Shown: positions 9,401-18,864, counted from the first letter of the stretch. The stretch is DNA of 62,539 nucleotides from Patescibacteria group bacterium UBA7435 (GCA_002477545.1 DLQJ01000005.1:1-62539); one strand, 5' to 3'. Translations and numbers: made by a program. The notes: generated by a model from the sequence alone, not told the origin.

Positions 9401-9476
9401 GCGCGATTAGCTCAGTTGGTAGAGCAGCGCATTTACACTGCGAAGGTCGGGAGTTCAAATCTCTCATCGCGCACCA
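9401..9476 (+). tRNA. tRNA-Val (anticodon TAC), CCA encoded
   Basis: GCGCGAT acceptor, GCTCAGTTGGTAGAGC D-arm, anticodon loop TTTACAC, GGGAGTTCAAATCTCTC T-arm, ATCGCGC-A-CCA. Confidence 0.9.
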
Positions 9477-9484
9477 ATCAATTT

Positions 9485-9506
9485 AACCCCTCTTTAGGGG
9501 TTTTAT
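9485..9506 (+). terminator. intrinsic terminator after tRNA-Val
   Basis: AACCCC-TCTTTA-GGGGTT followed by a T run. Confidence 0.6.
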
Positions 9507-9566
9507 TAGTTCTAGAGTTTATTTCTGTATAATAATACGTATCAAAGGTTCTTAGGAGAAGTAAGA

Positions 9567-9782
9567 ATGGATATTAGAAACTGTGCAGTCTGCACTACTG
9601 AATTTGATTTAGATACTTCCGGACTGGAAGGTCCTAATGAAGTTGTTGTGTGCGGGACAGAGTGCGCGAAAAAATCTGCCTCAAGTCGCGGGAGTGAGTG
9701 CGTAGTGCATGATGATGCTGGTGCAGTTACGGACCACACCATCGACCCGGCCGATTCATCCCCTCGAATTCATCACTACTGA
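9567..9782 (+). CDS. small Cys-containing hypothetical protein (possible zinc ribbon)
   Basis: AGGAG-like RBS upstream of the ATG, CxxC...CxxxC pattern (CAVC...CGTEC), and a terminator immediately downstream. Confidence 0.5.
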   Translation: MDIRNCAVCTTEFDLDTSGLEGPNEVVVCGTECAKKSASSRGSECVVHDDAGAVTDHTIDPADSSPRIHHY

Positions 9783-9793
9783 ATCTATTCACA

Positions 9794-9830
9794 GAACTGT
9801 CTCAATCTTCGAGGCAGTTCTTTCTTTTTA
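9794..9830 (+). terminator. intrinsic terminator
   Basis: AGAACTGTCTC-AATCTTC-GAGGCAGTTCT followed by TTCTTTTT. Confidence 0.65.
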
Positions 9831-9947
9831 CCCAGCCATGAAAACCGTTCTAACGTCGTCCCACTTATCCCCTCCCACCATACAAATCCCTCCTGTACAG
9901 GAGTATAGTAAAAGTATGGTCACCAGTGGCCAGAAAGGAGTACGATT

Positions 9948-10073
9948 GTGATAGTTACAGACCTCCAAAGGTATATACACGCCCTTCTCCGTACACGTTT
10001 ATTCGAAATAAGTAATCACCAACTTGTTTTTAAAAGCACTGGAGAACCTGCTTATCACCTTATTTGTGGTTAG
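9948..10073 (+). CDS. possible 41-aa small protein (low confidence)
   Basis: GTG start 7 nt after AAAGGAG. Ends 18 nt before a very strong terminator. Too short for the ORF track. Confidence 0.3.
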   Translation: MIVTDLQRYIHALLRTRLFEISNHQLVFKSTGEPAYHLICG

Positions 10074-10090
10074 TACAATCAAAACAACGT

Positions 10091-10131
10091 AGAGCGCCCA
10101 CAACAAGATATGTTGGGCGCTCTGTTTATTT
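10091..10131 (+). terminator. strong intrinsic terminator
   Basis: AGAGCGCCCACAACA-AGATA-TGTTGGGCGCTCT (15-bp stem) followed by GTTTATTT. Confidence 0.75.
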
Positions 10132-10215
10132 CTCTGAAATATTCATATAATTTAAATAAAGGAAAAATAAAATCAAATTCTTGCAATTTTGTGTACTACG
10201 GTAAAATTTAAGCAT

Positions 10216-10887
10216 ATGAAAATATTAATAATAGAAGACGACAACAAAATCTCAGAATACCTCGCTGAGTCTTTGCATTCAGAAATGTTTGCTGTTGATA
10301 CAGCAAGTGACGGAGAAACAGGGTCATACCTTGCACGGGTAAATGAATACGATCTTATTATTTTAGACATAATGCTTCCTAAAAAAGATGGGTTTGAAAT
10401 ATGTACTGAGGTTCGTGAAAGTGGAAAAACTGTTCCTATTTTAATTATTTCCGCGATGGGTACACCAGAAGAGAAAACAAAAATGCTCAATGCTGGGGCA
10501 GATGACTACCTTGCTAAGCCATTTGAAATACAAGAACTCGTTGCACGTGTTCGAGCGCTACTACGACGTCCGACACAAATTGTTGGAGAATTTCTTGAAG
10601 TACGTGACCTAACGCTTGATTCTGCAAAAAATATTGTCACAAAAGACGGCATTGAAATAACACTCACACGGAAAGAATTTATGTTGTTGCAGTACCTTAT
10701 GCAAAATCCTGATATTGTACTCACCCGTGCAATGATTCTTGAACACGTGTGGGATATGGATATTGATATATTTTCAAATACTATAGAAGCGCACATTTTG
10801 AGTCTTCGAAAGAAAATATCTGATACAAACAAACAAGATCCAATTATTAAAACGGTTCCCAGCCGTGGATATAAGATAGTCACTTAA
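10216..10887 (+). CDS. OmpR-family response regulator
   Basis: MKILIIEDD receiver start, phospho-acceptor context LIILDIMLP, and a C-terminal winged-helix (LTRKEFMLLQYLM...RGYKI). ATG at 10216 is preferred over the TTG at 10189. Confidence 0.9.
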   Translation: MKILIIEDDNKISEYLAESLHSEMFAVDTASDGETGSYLARVNEYDLIILDIMLPKKDGFEICTEVRESGKTVPILIISAMGTPEEKTKMLNAGADDYLAKPFEIQELVARVRALLRRPTQIVGEFLEVRDLTLDSAKNIVTKDGIEITLTRKEFMLLQYLMQNPDIVLTRAMILEHVWDMDIDIFSNTIEAHILSLRKKISDTNKQDPIIKTVPSRGYKIVT

Positions 10888-11062
10888 TCCTATCTATTTA
10901 TATTTCTCTCATACAAATTTAATATGCACCATATGCAATGGGAGAATATAATTCATCACCTATCTATTAAAATTCTTTTTGGAAGCGTCTGTTCTTTGTA
11001 ATCAGTTGTATGGTAACGCGTTGAGGGCGCTTCCATCCACTCAACATAAAAGGAGTTCAGTA

Positions 11063-11818
11063 ATGACTGATACACAAAACACAAATGTAAATTGGGAAGA
11101 GTACGCATCAGTACTCTACGACCATCTTTGTTTACTCACCCCTTACCAAGAATATCTCAACGATGTTGTGCACGCGGCAGAAATCCAAAACCAATCAGTA
11201 GTGCTTGACGCTGGATGCGGCACGGGAAACCTTACACAAAAACTTGTAAATTCTTCAGCAGTGAGCGTATGCGGTATTGATTACTCACATGCAATGCTCA
11301 GACGTGCAAAGCAGAAATGTGCATCCGGAGACTTTAAACATGCAAATCTTCAGGAAAAACTGCCCTTTCCCGACGACTCGTACACAACGATAGTTTGTGG
11401 GAATGTATTGTACGCCGTAAATCATCCCGAACTGTTACTTCGAGAATTATGGAGAGTAATAGCTCCCTGCGGGAGGCTGGTACTGGCAACACCCAAAAAG
11501 GGATACGAGAACGGTCTTATTCTAAAAGCACACTGTAGGGACACTGGGACTGATGCCCCATGGCTTAATACCCACACTTCTCCTGAGCGTGAACAAGAGC
11601 TTATTTATAAAACATTTGACGATCAAAAGCTCATTGAAGTGTTTTGTGAAATTGCTGTCCATAACAGAACTATCAGCAAAAGCAGAGCTACGCATCTGTA
11701 TGAACCACAGGAACTGGAGGATTTTCTCCATTATTGTGGCTTTACAGATATTAAAATTGGTTTCACCTACGCACAGCAAAATCTGCTGGCCACAGCAGTG
11801 AAAGGGCCGTTGTCATGA
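11063..11818 (+). CDS. class I SAM-dependent methyltransferase
   Basis: Motif I VLDAGCGTGNL and motif post-I GIDYS. ATG at 11063 is preceded by AAAGGAG. The ORF-track start at 10979 is TTG. Confidence 0.8.
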   Translation: MTDTQNTNVNWEEYASVLYDHLCLLTPYQEYLNDVVHAAEIQNQSVVLDAGCGTGNLTQKLVNSSAVSVCGIDYSHAMLRRAKQKCASGDFKHANLQEKLPFPDDSYTTIVCGNVLYAVNHPELLLRELWRVIAPCGRLVLATPKKGYENGLILKAHCRDTGTDAPWLNTHTSPEREQELIYKTFDDQKLIEVFCEIAVHNRTISKSRATHLYEPQELEDFLHYCGFTDIKIGFTYAQQNLLATAVKGPLS

Positions 11819-12465
11819 AGATAGGTATCACACAAAAGGATGATCCGGCACACAAGGCAGTATGTACCTTTGCATCAAGGTACTACTACAATCGTCATGA
11901 GATACACATAACCGAATTTCCTGACGTGTTTGCATACGCATATCACAAAAAAATCATTGGCTGTTTTGGTCTGTCGTATGGCACTAATACCAAACTGCTT
12001 CCTACAGAGTGGTATATTCCCAAGAAGATACTTCAAGAGAAACTTACAGACCCGTATAATTTTTCAAAGAAAAAGCTCTGCGAGTTGGGCACACGTGTGG
12101 TTGATAAAAGTAAAATTACCACAAAAACTAACTGTGGTGAAATATCACTTGCACTGGCCACTTCACTGCTACACCATGCATGCAGTAGAAATTTTACCTA
12201 CGGAATTTTTACGGGTGACCGTACCGTACGATTACTTTCTCGAGCTCTGCATATTCCACTTCATGAATTTGGGGTACCTGACCTTAGTAAACGAAGTGCC
12301 AAGTACAGAAAAAAGTGGGATGCATATTTCAATGGTGCACAACGATATTGTTACGGCATTAACATGCCGTCAACGAACGATACCTATATAAAAATGCAAA
12401 AAACACTTTCCACCTCAGGATTTTACTTCCTGGAAACAAAAGAATTCCAACTTAAAGTAGCATAA
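11815..12465 (+). CDS. hypothetical protein, possibly thermostable-hemolysin-like / GNAT-fold acyltransferase (unverified)
   Basis: 216-aa ORF overlapping the methyltransferase stop by 4 nt (ATGA). Vague resemblance from memory to PF12261-type proteins. No motif I can verify. Confidence 0.45.
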   Translation: MKIGITQKDDPAHKAVCTFASRYYYNRHEIHITEFPDVFAYAYHKKIIGCFGLSYGTNTKLLPTEWYIPKKILQEKLTDPYNFSKKKLCELGTRVVDKSKITTKTNCGEISLALATSLLHHACSRNFTYGIFTGDRTVRLLSRALHIPLHEFGVPDLSKRSAKYRKKWDAYFNGAQRYCYGINMPSTNDTYIKMQKTLSTSGFYFLETKEFQLKVA

Positions 12466-12532
12466 AATACGTTCGCCCAGCCTCATGCTGGGCGAATATA
12501 CTTTCTGCATATAATAGTTATACTATTTATAC

Positions 12533-14494
12533 ATGAATTTCTTATTTCTGACTTTTGTAATCGTCACTATTTCTATCGTTCTAAACATTGGTCTTGTTCT
12601 GTATATCTTTACTAAAAATTTTCGTCCCTTGTTAAACAAGGTACTGATTATACAAATACTCGGCATGTCAGCATGGTCAATATCAATAGCAACAAATCTA
12701 TGGCTGCACAGCGATATTATTGAGATGTTTATATTTGGCTTTGCTGCAATTTCACTCACTGCTCAACTCTGGTTCACAACAATCTTTCCATCTGAGAAGC
12801 AAATTCAAAAGAGGAAAAAATATGCACTGGCTTTCTTTTCTATAGTCGGTCTTTCATTTACAGCAATTAGTTTTATCCCTGGTGCCGTCTTTACCTCAAT
12901 TGAAGTAACATCAACTGGGTATACCATCGTCGATCCTGGATTTTTGTCTGGAGCATTTGCTTTCTTTGTTTTCTCTTCAATCGCTATATCCATCACCATG
13001 CTTACCATAAGCTACGTGTATGCAACTGATACTCATATAAAAAATCAGGCAAAATTTTTACTCATTGGATTTGCGTTATTTTTCATATGCACCCTTTTTA
13101 CAAATTCAATCCTACCAGTATTTTTTGACATATATTTCTTTAATGCAATTGGCCCCGTCTTTTCAGTGATACTCGTAGCAGGAATCGTGTACATAATGAC
13201 GTACCATCAATTTCTTGAAACAAGAGAGTTGGCACAGACTGGTTTTGTTTACACGATACTCCTTTCATTTGTTCTTCTGCTGTATGTCACCGCATTGAGT
13301 GTCAGTAGTTATTTCTTTCAAGCTAATTTTCAGCTAAGCCAATTTGTAAGTTGCTTATCAGTTACGCTTATAGCTTTATTTACTGTCCCAAAAATAGACT
13401 ATTACTTACGGAAAAAAACTGATCCTTTTTTCTTTGAAGAAAAGTATGACTACCAAGAAGCTTTACATACGCTGTCTTCTGTAATGCATGATTCCTTAGA
13501 GATGGACACATTACTTACCACTGCTGAAAATACCTTGCAAGATATACTGCAATCAACCTCAGTAAGTATCACCCAAGGCCATTCAGTTGCCGACACTGAT
13601 GTGCGAGCGATTCCTATCGAACTAACGAAGAAACGAATTGGAACAATTATTCTAGGACCAAAAAAATCAGGGGCTATATACTCACCTCGGGACTTACAGC
13701 TCTTAAGAACATTTGCACACCAAGCAGCGATCGCAATTGGTAGGGTGCTTCTCTACGCTGAGGTGAAAAAACGCGCAAAGGAACTTGAGGAGAAGGTAAT
13801 GCTCCGAACCCAATCAATCAAAAAAATTCAAGAGGACCAGAAAACAGCAATGCTTCATATTTCTCACAATCTACAGACCCCTCTTACGATACTCCAAACA
13901 AAAATTGAGAAGCTCAATGAGATTCCTGGTATGCAAAAAACGGCACAAGGGCTCAATCTATCAATGCACCACATGTCTATTTTTATAAATGATTTGTTAC
14001 GGTATGCTCGGATAGAAGGAAACGCTGAGGAGTTCAAGAAGCAAAATTTTGATCTCAGTGGAGCATTGCAAGAACTTATTGAAGAATATGAAATAATTGC
14101 AAACACAAAAAATGCTCGTATCGTATCCACCATTGAACCTAATATACAAATATATGCGGATCAACCCAAAATTGGTGAGGTAATAACAAACCTTGTAAGT
14201 AACGCTCTAAAATATACTGATACACTCGATGGTCCAACAGTACATGTATCCTTATCACGTGGAGACACTAATATGGCAGTGTGCACCATTACTGATAACG
14301 GTCTTGGTATCGACGAGAAAGAATTGGGACTTATTTTTGAGCAGTACTACCGAATTGGAACTAATGAGGTAGACGGAACGGGACTTGGATTGGCAATCAG
14401 CAAACAAATTGTTATTCAACACGGAGGAAGTATCGATGTGAAAAGCGCATTAGGAACCGGCACAACCTTTACCGTAAAACTCCCCCTTGCATAG
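12533..14494 (+). CDS. sensor histidine kinase, polytopic membrane N-terminus
   Basis: About 7 N-terminal TM helices, H-box HISHNLQTPLT, N-box SNALKYT, G-boxes DNGLGI and GTGLGLAI. Confidence 0.9.
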   Translation: MNFLFLTFVIVTISIVLNIGLVLYIFTKNFRPLLNKVLIIQILGMSAWSISIATNLWLHSDIIEMFIFGFAAISLTAQLWFTTIFPSEKQIQKRKKYALAFFSIVGLSFTAISFIPGAVFTSIEVTSTGYTIVDPGFLSGAFAFFVFSSIAISITMLTISYVYATDTHIKNQAKFLLIGFALFFICTLFTNSILPVFFDIYFFNAIGPVFSVILVAGIVYIMTYHQFLETRELAQTGFVYTILLSFVLLLYVTALSVSSYFFQANFQLSQFVSCLSVTLIALFTVPKIDYYLRKKTDPFFFEEKYDYQEALHTLSSVMHDSLEMDTLLTTAENTLQDILQSTSVSITQGHSVADTDVRAIPIELTKKRIGTIILGPKKSGAIYSPRDLQLLRTFAHQAAIAIGRVLLYAEVKKRAKELEEKVMLRTQSIKKIQEDQKTAMLHISHNLQTPLTILQTKIEKLNEIPGMQKTAQGLNLSMHHMSIFINDLLRYARIEGNAEEFKKQNFDLSGALQELIEEYEIIANTKNARIVSTIEPNIQIYADQPKIGEVITNLVSNALKYTDTLDGPTVHVSLSRGDTNMAVCTITDNGLGIDEKELGLIFEQYYRIGTNEVDGTGLGLAISKQIVIQHGGSIDVKSALGTGTTFTVKLPLA

Positions 14495-14575
14495 CGTGCT
14501 ATTTTATATACTCGCAGAATCTGCTATTGTATCGATGTCCCTAGCAAGAGATATCTTCTAGGTACCCAGCAACCA

Positions 14576-14647
14576 GTCCCCATAGTTTAATGGATAAAAC
14601 AAGAGACTTCTAAGCTTTGGATGGGGGTTCGATTCCCTCTGGGGGCA
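14576..14647 (+). tRNA. tRNA-Arg (anticodon TCT)
   Basis: Acceptor GTCCCCA/TGGGGGC, anticodon loop CTTCTAA, T-arm GGGGGTTCGATTCCCTC. Confidence 0.85.
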
Positions 14648-14662
14648 CGAGTATAAAAAAGA

Positions 14663-14686
14663 GCACCTCTTAGGTGCCTTTTTTAT
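14663..14686 (+). terminator. intrinsic terminator after tRNA-Arg
   Basis: GCACCT-CTT-AGGTGC followed by CTTTTTTATT. Confidence 0.7.
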
Positions 14687-14738
14687 TCGTGCCCCGGAAG
14701 TAAACAGTCTGGGAGATTTTCTGTCGATTTTACCCCCC

Positions 14739-15137
14739 CTAATTAACCTCCAACGCTGGCACCTCCTCTACCTCTGCTTCACCCACAATCACCTCGACAA
14801 CCTCCTTAACCACCGCTTCTTCCACAACCCGCACTCCCTCACTCTGTAATCCCTGATGCACTACTCCTCGCTCTCTATACAACTCCAGTGCAGCATCAGC
14901 CGCATTCTGGTTATATGTTGGGATACGTTCTCCTGGGTCCCCTTCAACTAAGGCAACATCGTTATATAAAGCAAAAATATTTCCAGCGATAACACCTCCT
15001 GCTATAACTACAATAGTAAAAATAAAGAGACCTATAGCCCAATCTCTTTTAGCATGCATCAAACGACGATCAGGATACCCACCCCCTTTCTTGAACACAT
15101 GCTTGGCCATTTTTAATATATCTTTTTTATCGATCAT
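14739..15137 (-). CDS. hypothetical membrane protein, last gene of the pilMNO operon
   Basis: 132 aa with one TM helix and an acidic Val/Glu-rich tail. Overlaps the upstream gene by 11 nt. Confidence 0.6.
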   Translation of the reverse strand: MIDKKDILKMAKHVFKKGGGYPDRRLMHAKRDWAIGLFIFTIVVIAGGVIAGNIFALYNDVALVEGDPGERIPTYNQNAADAALELYRERGVVHQGLQSEGVRVVEEAVVKEVVEVIVGEAEVEEVPALEVN

Positions 15138-15663
15138 ATTGTAAGAGGTTTACTTCTAACGTAATAGTTCCTGCAACTATTGGCACACCGTTTAGTTCTG
15201 ATTCTGTATTTAAAACAACACGTACAACTGAACTATAGTACGGTAACGTTTCTAAGATTTGTAGCATACGAATTACATATACTTCAGGACCTTCCACTGA
15301 AAAAGAAACTGTGAGTGTATCAAACAATCCAGTACCCGGTGTTACTTGCAGAGTATCGGTGGTAAGTGCAATACCTTGATCAATTGCAATTTGCTCAACT
15401 TCAGCTAAAAAATCAATGGTCTTTTCTTCAGTAAGTACATACGCCAGAAGTTCTTGCCGTTCATCAGATGTGTCAGTAACCAAGCTCGTGACATCTTCGT
15501 ATGTTTCTTCACGAGCAAGAAAATTTGCTACTGCAGTAATTTCTGCCTCAAGCTTCTCTCCTTCTGTATGAATATAATCCCATGCAAAAACAACCCCAGC
15601 GCACGTAACACTAAAAAGAACGATGCTTATGAGTCCTATTACTTTGGTTTTTTTAATAATCAT
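15127..15663 (-). CDS. PilO-like pilus assembly protein (by position)
   Basis: N-terminal TM helix then a coiled segment. Position after pilM-pilN matches the canonical operon order. No diagnostic motif. Confidence 0.45.
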   Translation of the reverse strand: MIIKKTKVIGLISIVLFSVTCAGVVFAWDYIHTEGEKLEAEITAVANFLAREETYEDVTSLVTDTSDERQELLAYVLTEEKTIDFLAEVEQIAIDQGIALTTDTLQVTPGTGLFDTLTVSFSVEGPEVYVIRMLQILETLPYYSSVVRVVLNTESELNGVPIVAGTITLEVNLLQYDR

Positions 15664-15669
15664 ATTATT

Positions 15670-16227
15670 TTACTCAATTTGCGTATTAGCCATCACTATG
15701 GAAATACTAAAGGGAATGTTGACGTCCTTTGCTAAGTTAGATAATGGCAATGCGGCTGATTCAAACAAAGAATGATCTTCCAGAGCATCACGAAATGCAA
15801 CAAGACTGGCTCGAGAATCTGCTTCGCCTGATACACGCAGTTCCGTAATAACACCTTCACTGCGAAGCATCGTAAATGATTCTAAATGTGCATTCTCTAT
15901 AGCAAGTACTTTAATCTCTGTAATTAACTCTGAGAAAAGTAATTCTGACCCTGAAGTAAGTAGCGCAGTAGAAATAACATTTGTTACGGTAACTGCTTTT
16001 TCCAAATCTTCATACGAGTTGGTAAGTTCACTTACTTCATTGTACTGCGCTTCATAGGTTACCAACTGAGAGTGAATTAACACGTACGTTGGTACCAGCA
16101 GGAGACCAATAATCGCAAGTGCCGTAGCAAACAGTACAAGCAACATCGAAAGCGTACGAATGCTATATTCGATTTTTACCTGCTTCTTTGCTGCTGGTGG
16201 AATAAGATTAATCATAGTCTTATGCAA
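15670..16227 (-). CDS. pilN: PilN-like type IV pilus assembly protein
   Basis: N-terminal INLIPP motif followed by a TM helix. Overlaps the pilM stop. Confidence 0.6.
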   Translation of the reverse strand: MHKTMINLIPPAAKKQVKIEYSIRTLSMLLVLFATALAIIGLLLVPTYVLIHSQLVTYEAQYNEVSELTNSYEDLEKAVTVTNVISTALLTSGSELLFSELITEIKVLAIENAHLESFTMLRSEGVITELRVSGEADSRASLVAFRDALEDHSLFESAALPLSNLAKDVNIPFSISIVMANTQIE

Positions 16228-17314
16228 AAGGTGTTAACGCCAACCCCACTGCTGTAGCATATCCGTACGAGTATCGTCGACTAATATCAGGAACAGTATC
16301 AGCAATAGAAAAGGCATTTTGCCACACATCCGCGCGACGCGCGGTAACCCCCAACATCTCTGAGAAATATTCAGGCAAGCCTTTCATGTTGACACTCCCT
16401 CCACATAAAATAACTGACTGAATCTGTCGGTCCTCTCGAGCAACGTCGCGCGTATTCCAATATTGTACCCGTGTGCGTACCTCATCAATGATTGCTGACA
16501 TAGTTGGCAATAATGAATCATACACATCAGTTCCTTCAACACCCCGCACAAGCCCTTGAGTATTTTTTAAACGGGTTAACTCTGCTTCTTCAACTTCACC
16601 TAACTGCCGACGCATTGCTGTAGAGAGTTCAGCTCCCCCGATATCAACCGTTGAGGTGTACATTAATGTCCCATTGTACACAATACCAATACCTGTACGT
16701 GTCTTCCCAAAATCCACAATCATGTGCGTTCCTCGATCCCCTGTTTGAATTGTTGCTCGCGCAATAGCCTGTGCTTCAACTTCAAACGATAAAGGTGTAA
16801 CTCCAGCACTCCTGCATGCTTCATAATAATTCATGATCGTATCACGGGCATATGCAGTAACAGAAACACGTAATGTATCACTATTGTGTTTCTCTTCTAA
16901 AATATCATAATCAAAAAAGGCATCTCGAGGTGATAACGGTACATTTTCTTCTAAACGAAACTCGAGCAGTCCGCGTATTTCTTTAAATGCAGTACCCTTC
17001 TTAATTTCAGTTTCAAAAAGATATGCATGCTCCTCAGGAAGCGACACACGAACAGTTTCAACGCCAGTACGTTCTTTTACTCCAGCAATCGCTTGCGAAA
17101 GCGCCTTAACATCATTCACTTTTCCACGATGTAATACACCGTCAGCAATATCAATATCTCCCCAATGTGACAGCTCTAATTGTGTACCACTGCGATTATC
17201 AGGCTTGAACTGTAAAAACTTCAATGAGGTGTCAGAAATATCAACTCCAGCGCTTGGTAGACGCATGTAGTTTGGCGGCGGTATTATTTTTCCCAACGTA
17301 TCAAGAACATTCAT
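16220..17314 (-). CDS. pilM: type IV pilus assembly protein PilM (actin-like ATPase fold)
   Basis: 364 aa. GVDISDTSLKFLQF and IVDFGKTRTGIGIV phosphate-binding-like segments and CGGSVNMKGL are typical of PilM. Confidence 0.85.
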   Translation of the reverse strand: MNVLDTLGKIIPPPNYMRLPSAGVDISDTSLKFLQFKPDNRSGTQLELSHWGDIDIADGVLHRGKVNDVKALSQAIAGVKERTGVETVRVSLPEEHAYLFETEIKKGTAFKEIRGLLEFRLEENVPLSPRDAFFDYDILEEKHNSDTLRVSVTAYARDTIMNYYEACRSAGVTPLSFEVEAQAIARATIQTGDRGTHMIVDFGKTRTGIGIVYNGTLMYTSTVDIGGAELSTAMRRQLGEVEEAELTRLKNTQGLVRGVEGTDVYDSLLPTMSAIIDEVRTRVQYWNTRDVAREDRQIQSVILCGGSVNMKGLPEYFSEMLGVTARRADVWQNAFSIADTVPDISRRYSYGYATAVGLALTPFA

Positions 17315-17368
17315 TATCTATAGTATACGCTGTGCGCACTTATTTTTTAAGTACAAACCCCCAGATGT

Positions 17369-17977
17369 TTACAGTAACTGTAAAATAATATAAGTGAGTA
17401 ACAACACACCTGCAATGGCAGCTAGTGTATACAGATTACGACGCACTACAGGCAATGCATGCGGGCCTACTGCGTGTGCAGCCAAACCAACCAGACCCAA
17501 ACGAAGTGCTCTACCAAAAATTGAGGCAACTATGAAGGTAAGGAAGCTAATGTGCAGTACACCACTTGCCAGCGCCACAATCTTGTATGGAATAGGGGTG
17601 AAAGCACCTATGAGCACAAACACAAAACCATTCTCACCTAAGTTTCCTGCAATGGAATCGAATACAGTCTCTAACGAATAGAATTCAATTATTTTTACAC
17701 CTAATGTATCAAAAAACAGCGATCCTAAAATATAGGCAAAAACACCTCCTAGTACTGAACCAATGATAGATACAACTACAAACACTTTCCATTTTTTTGG
17801 GGAGGCAATAATGAGTGCAACTAAGAATGGATCAATAAGAATGGGTGCGAACAATGACTCCGCAAAAGAAATAAGACCCAAGATCCACACAGAGTGCTTT
17901 GACTTAAGCCAACGTGCTCCGTGCTTGGCCACCACATCAGTTGTTTTTTTATGTGCATTAACACCAAAGAAAGCCAT
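17369..17977 (-). CDS. YqaA/DedA (VTT-domain) family membrane protein
   Basis: SLFAPILIDPFLVAL segment and a polytopic profile. Confidence 0.7.
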   Translation of the reverse strand: MAFFGVNAHKKTTDVVAKHGARWLKSKHSVWILGLISFAESLFAPILIDPFLVALIIASPKKWKVFVVVSIIGSVLGGVFAYILGSLFFDTLGVKIIEFYSLETVFDSIAGNLGENGFVFVLIGAFTPIPYKIVALASGVLHISFLTFIVASIFGRALRLGLVGLAAHAVGPHALPVVRRNLYTLAAIAGVLLLTYIILQLL

Positions 17978-17985
17978 ATCAAAAA

Positions 17986-18387
17986 TTAATTAACGTGCGT
18001 ACCTGACGGTAGCTCATTATGAGGAATTAACAATGAAAAAATACCATCGTGTTCGGCAGCAAGAATCATCCCCTGACTTTCCAAACCTCGAATCACTCGT
18101 GGCTGTAGGTTTGTGATAAAAGGACACTGCTTCCCTACTAAAAATTGAATATCTTCAAAGTACTCATGAATACCAGAGATAATCTGTCGTGGTTGTGCTT
18201 CTCCAATTTCAACCGCAAGCTTTAAAAGCTTATCAGCTCCCTCTACAACCTCTACAGATACAATAGTACCGATAGTAATATCAAGCTTTGAAAAATCATC
18301 GTATGAAACGTATTTCGGTTCTTCAGCTACAGATGTTTGTGACATCACTTCTACTGTTTCTTTTTCAATTTTTTTGTTTTCGTTCAT
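17986..18387 (-). CDS. tRNA-binding domain protein (CsaA/Trbp111/MetRS C-terminal-like)
   Basis: LDITIGTIVSVEVVEGADKLLKLAVEIGE...RQIISGI...NLQPRVIRGLESQGMILAA. Confidence 0.8.
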   Translation of the reverse strand: MNENKKIEKETVEVMSQTSVAEEPKYVSYDDFSKLDITIGTIVSVEVVEGADKLLKLAVEIGEAQPRQIISGIHEYFEDIQFLVGKQCPFITNLQPRVIRGLESQGMILAAEHDGIFSLLIPHNELPSGTHVN

Positions 18388-18389
18388 AA

Positions 18390-18773
18390 TTAGAGTGATT
18401 GTTGCGTAAGGTAACTGTTAAGAATAATAGCAGCGGCAGACGCATCCACTTGGTCGTTTCTCCCCTGCAGTCGCACTGCTTCTTGGGTCGTATATTGTTC
18501 AGGTTGCAAATGAATTGGAATACCCACTGAAAGCGTGAGATCCATCATTAATCCTTCTACCGCTGTATGAATAGCATTAGGATTCCCTTCTCTGTCTAAC
18601 GAATGCCCTATTACAATTTCAGCCACCTCTTTTTCTGAAATAAGATTTTCGATTGTTTTTTGCAAATGTGTGTCATTGGGTAACACCCCATGCGGAAAAG
18701 CCATCACCCCGCCTTCGTCGGTGAGTGCTATGCCTACTCGCTTACTACCATAATCAATTCCCATCTTTCTCAT
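18390..18773 (-). CDS. ruvX: Holliday junction resolvase-like YqgF/RuvX
   Basis: MGIDYGSKRVGIALTD N-terminus and DASAAAIILNSYL C-terminal motif. Confidence 0.85.
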   Translation of the reverse strand: MRKMGIDYGSKRVGIALTDEGGVMAFPHGVLPNDTHLQKTIENLISEKEVAEIVIGHSLDREGNPNAIHTAVEGLMMDLTLSVGIPIHLQPEQYTTQEAVRLQGRNDQVDASAAAIILNSYLTQQSL

Positions 18774-18846
18774 ACCCTATAGAGTAGCACAGGTTGGAAA
18801 ATGAGTACTTTTCTGGTATTATCCTGTGCACCACTAGAACACATCT

Positions 18847-18864
18847 GGAGAGATGGCTGAGTGG
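18847..18864 (+). pseudogene. orphan copy of tRNA-Ser 5' end (18 nt)
   Basis: GGAGAGATGGCTGAGTGG is identical to 19003-19020. It is followed by unrelated hairpin-rich sequence rather than the rest of a tRNA. Confidence 0.45.

Noticed and set aside
11930-12391. 153-aa alternative-frame ORF
   Set aside because: It is nested in a different frame inside the 216-aa ORF 11815-12465. That longer ORF is coupled to the upstream methyltransferase by an ATGA overlap and is preferred.
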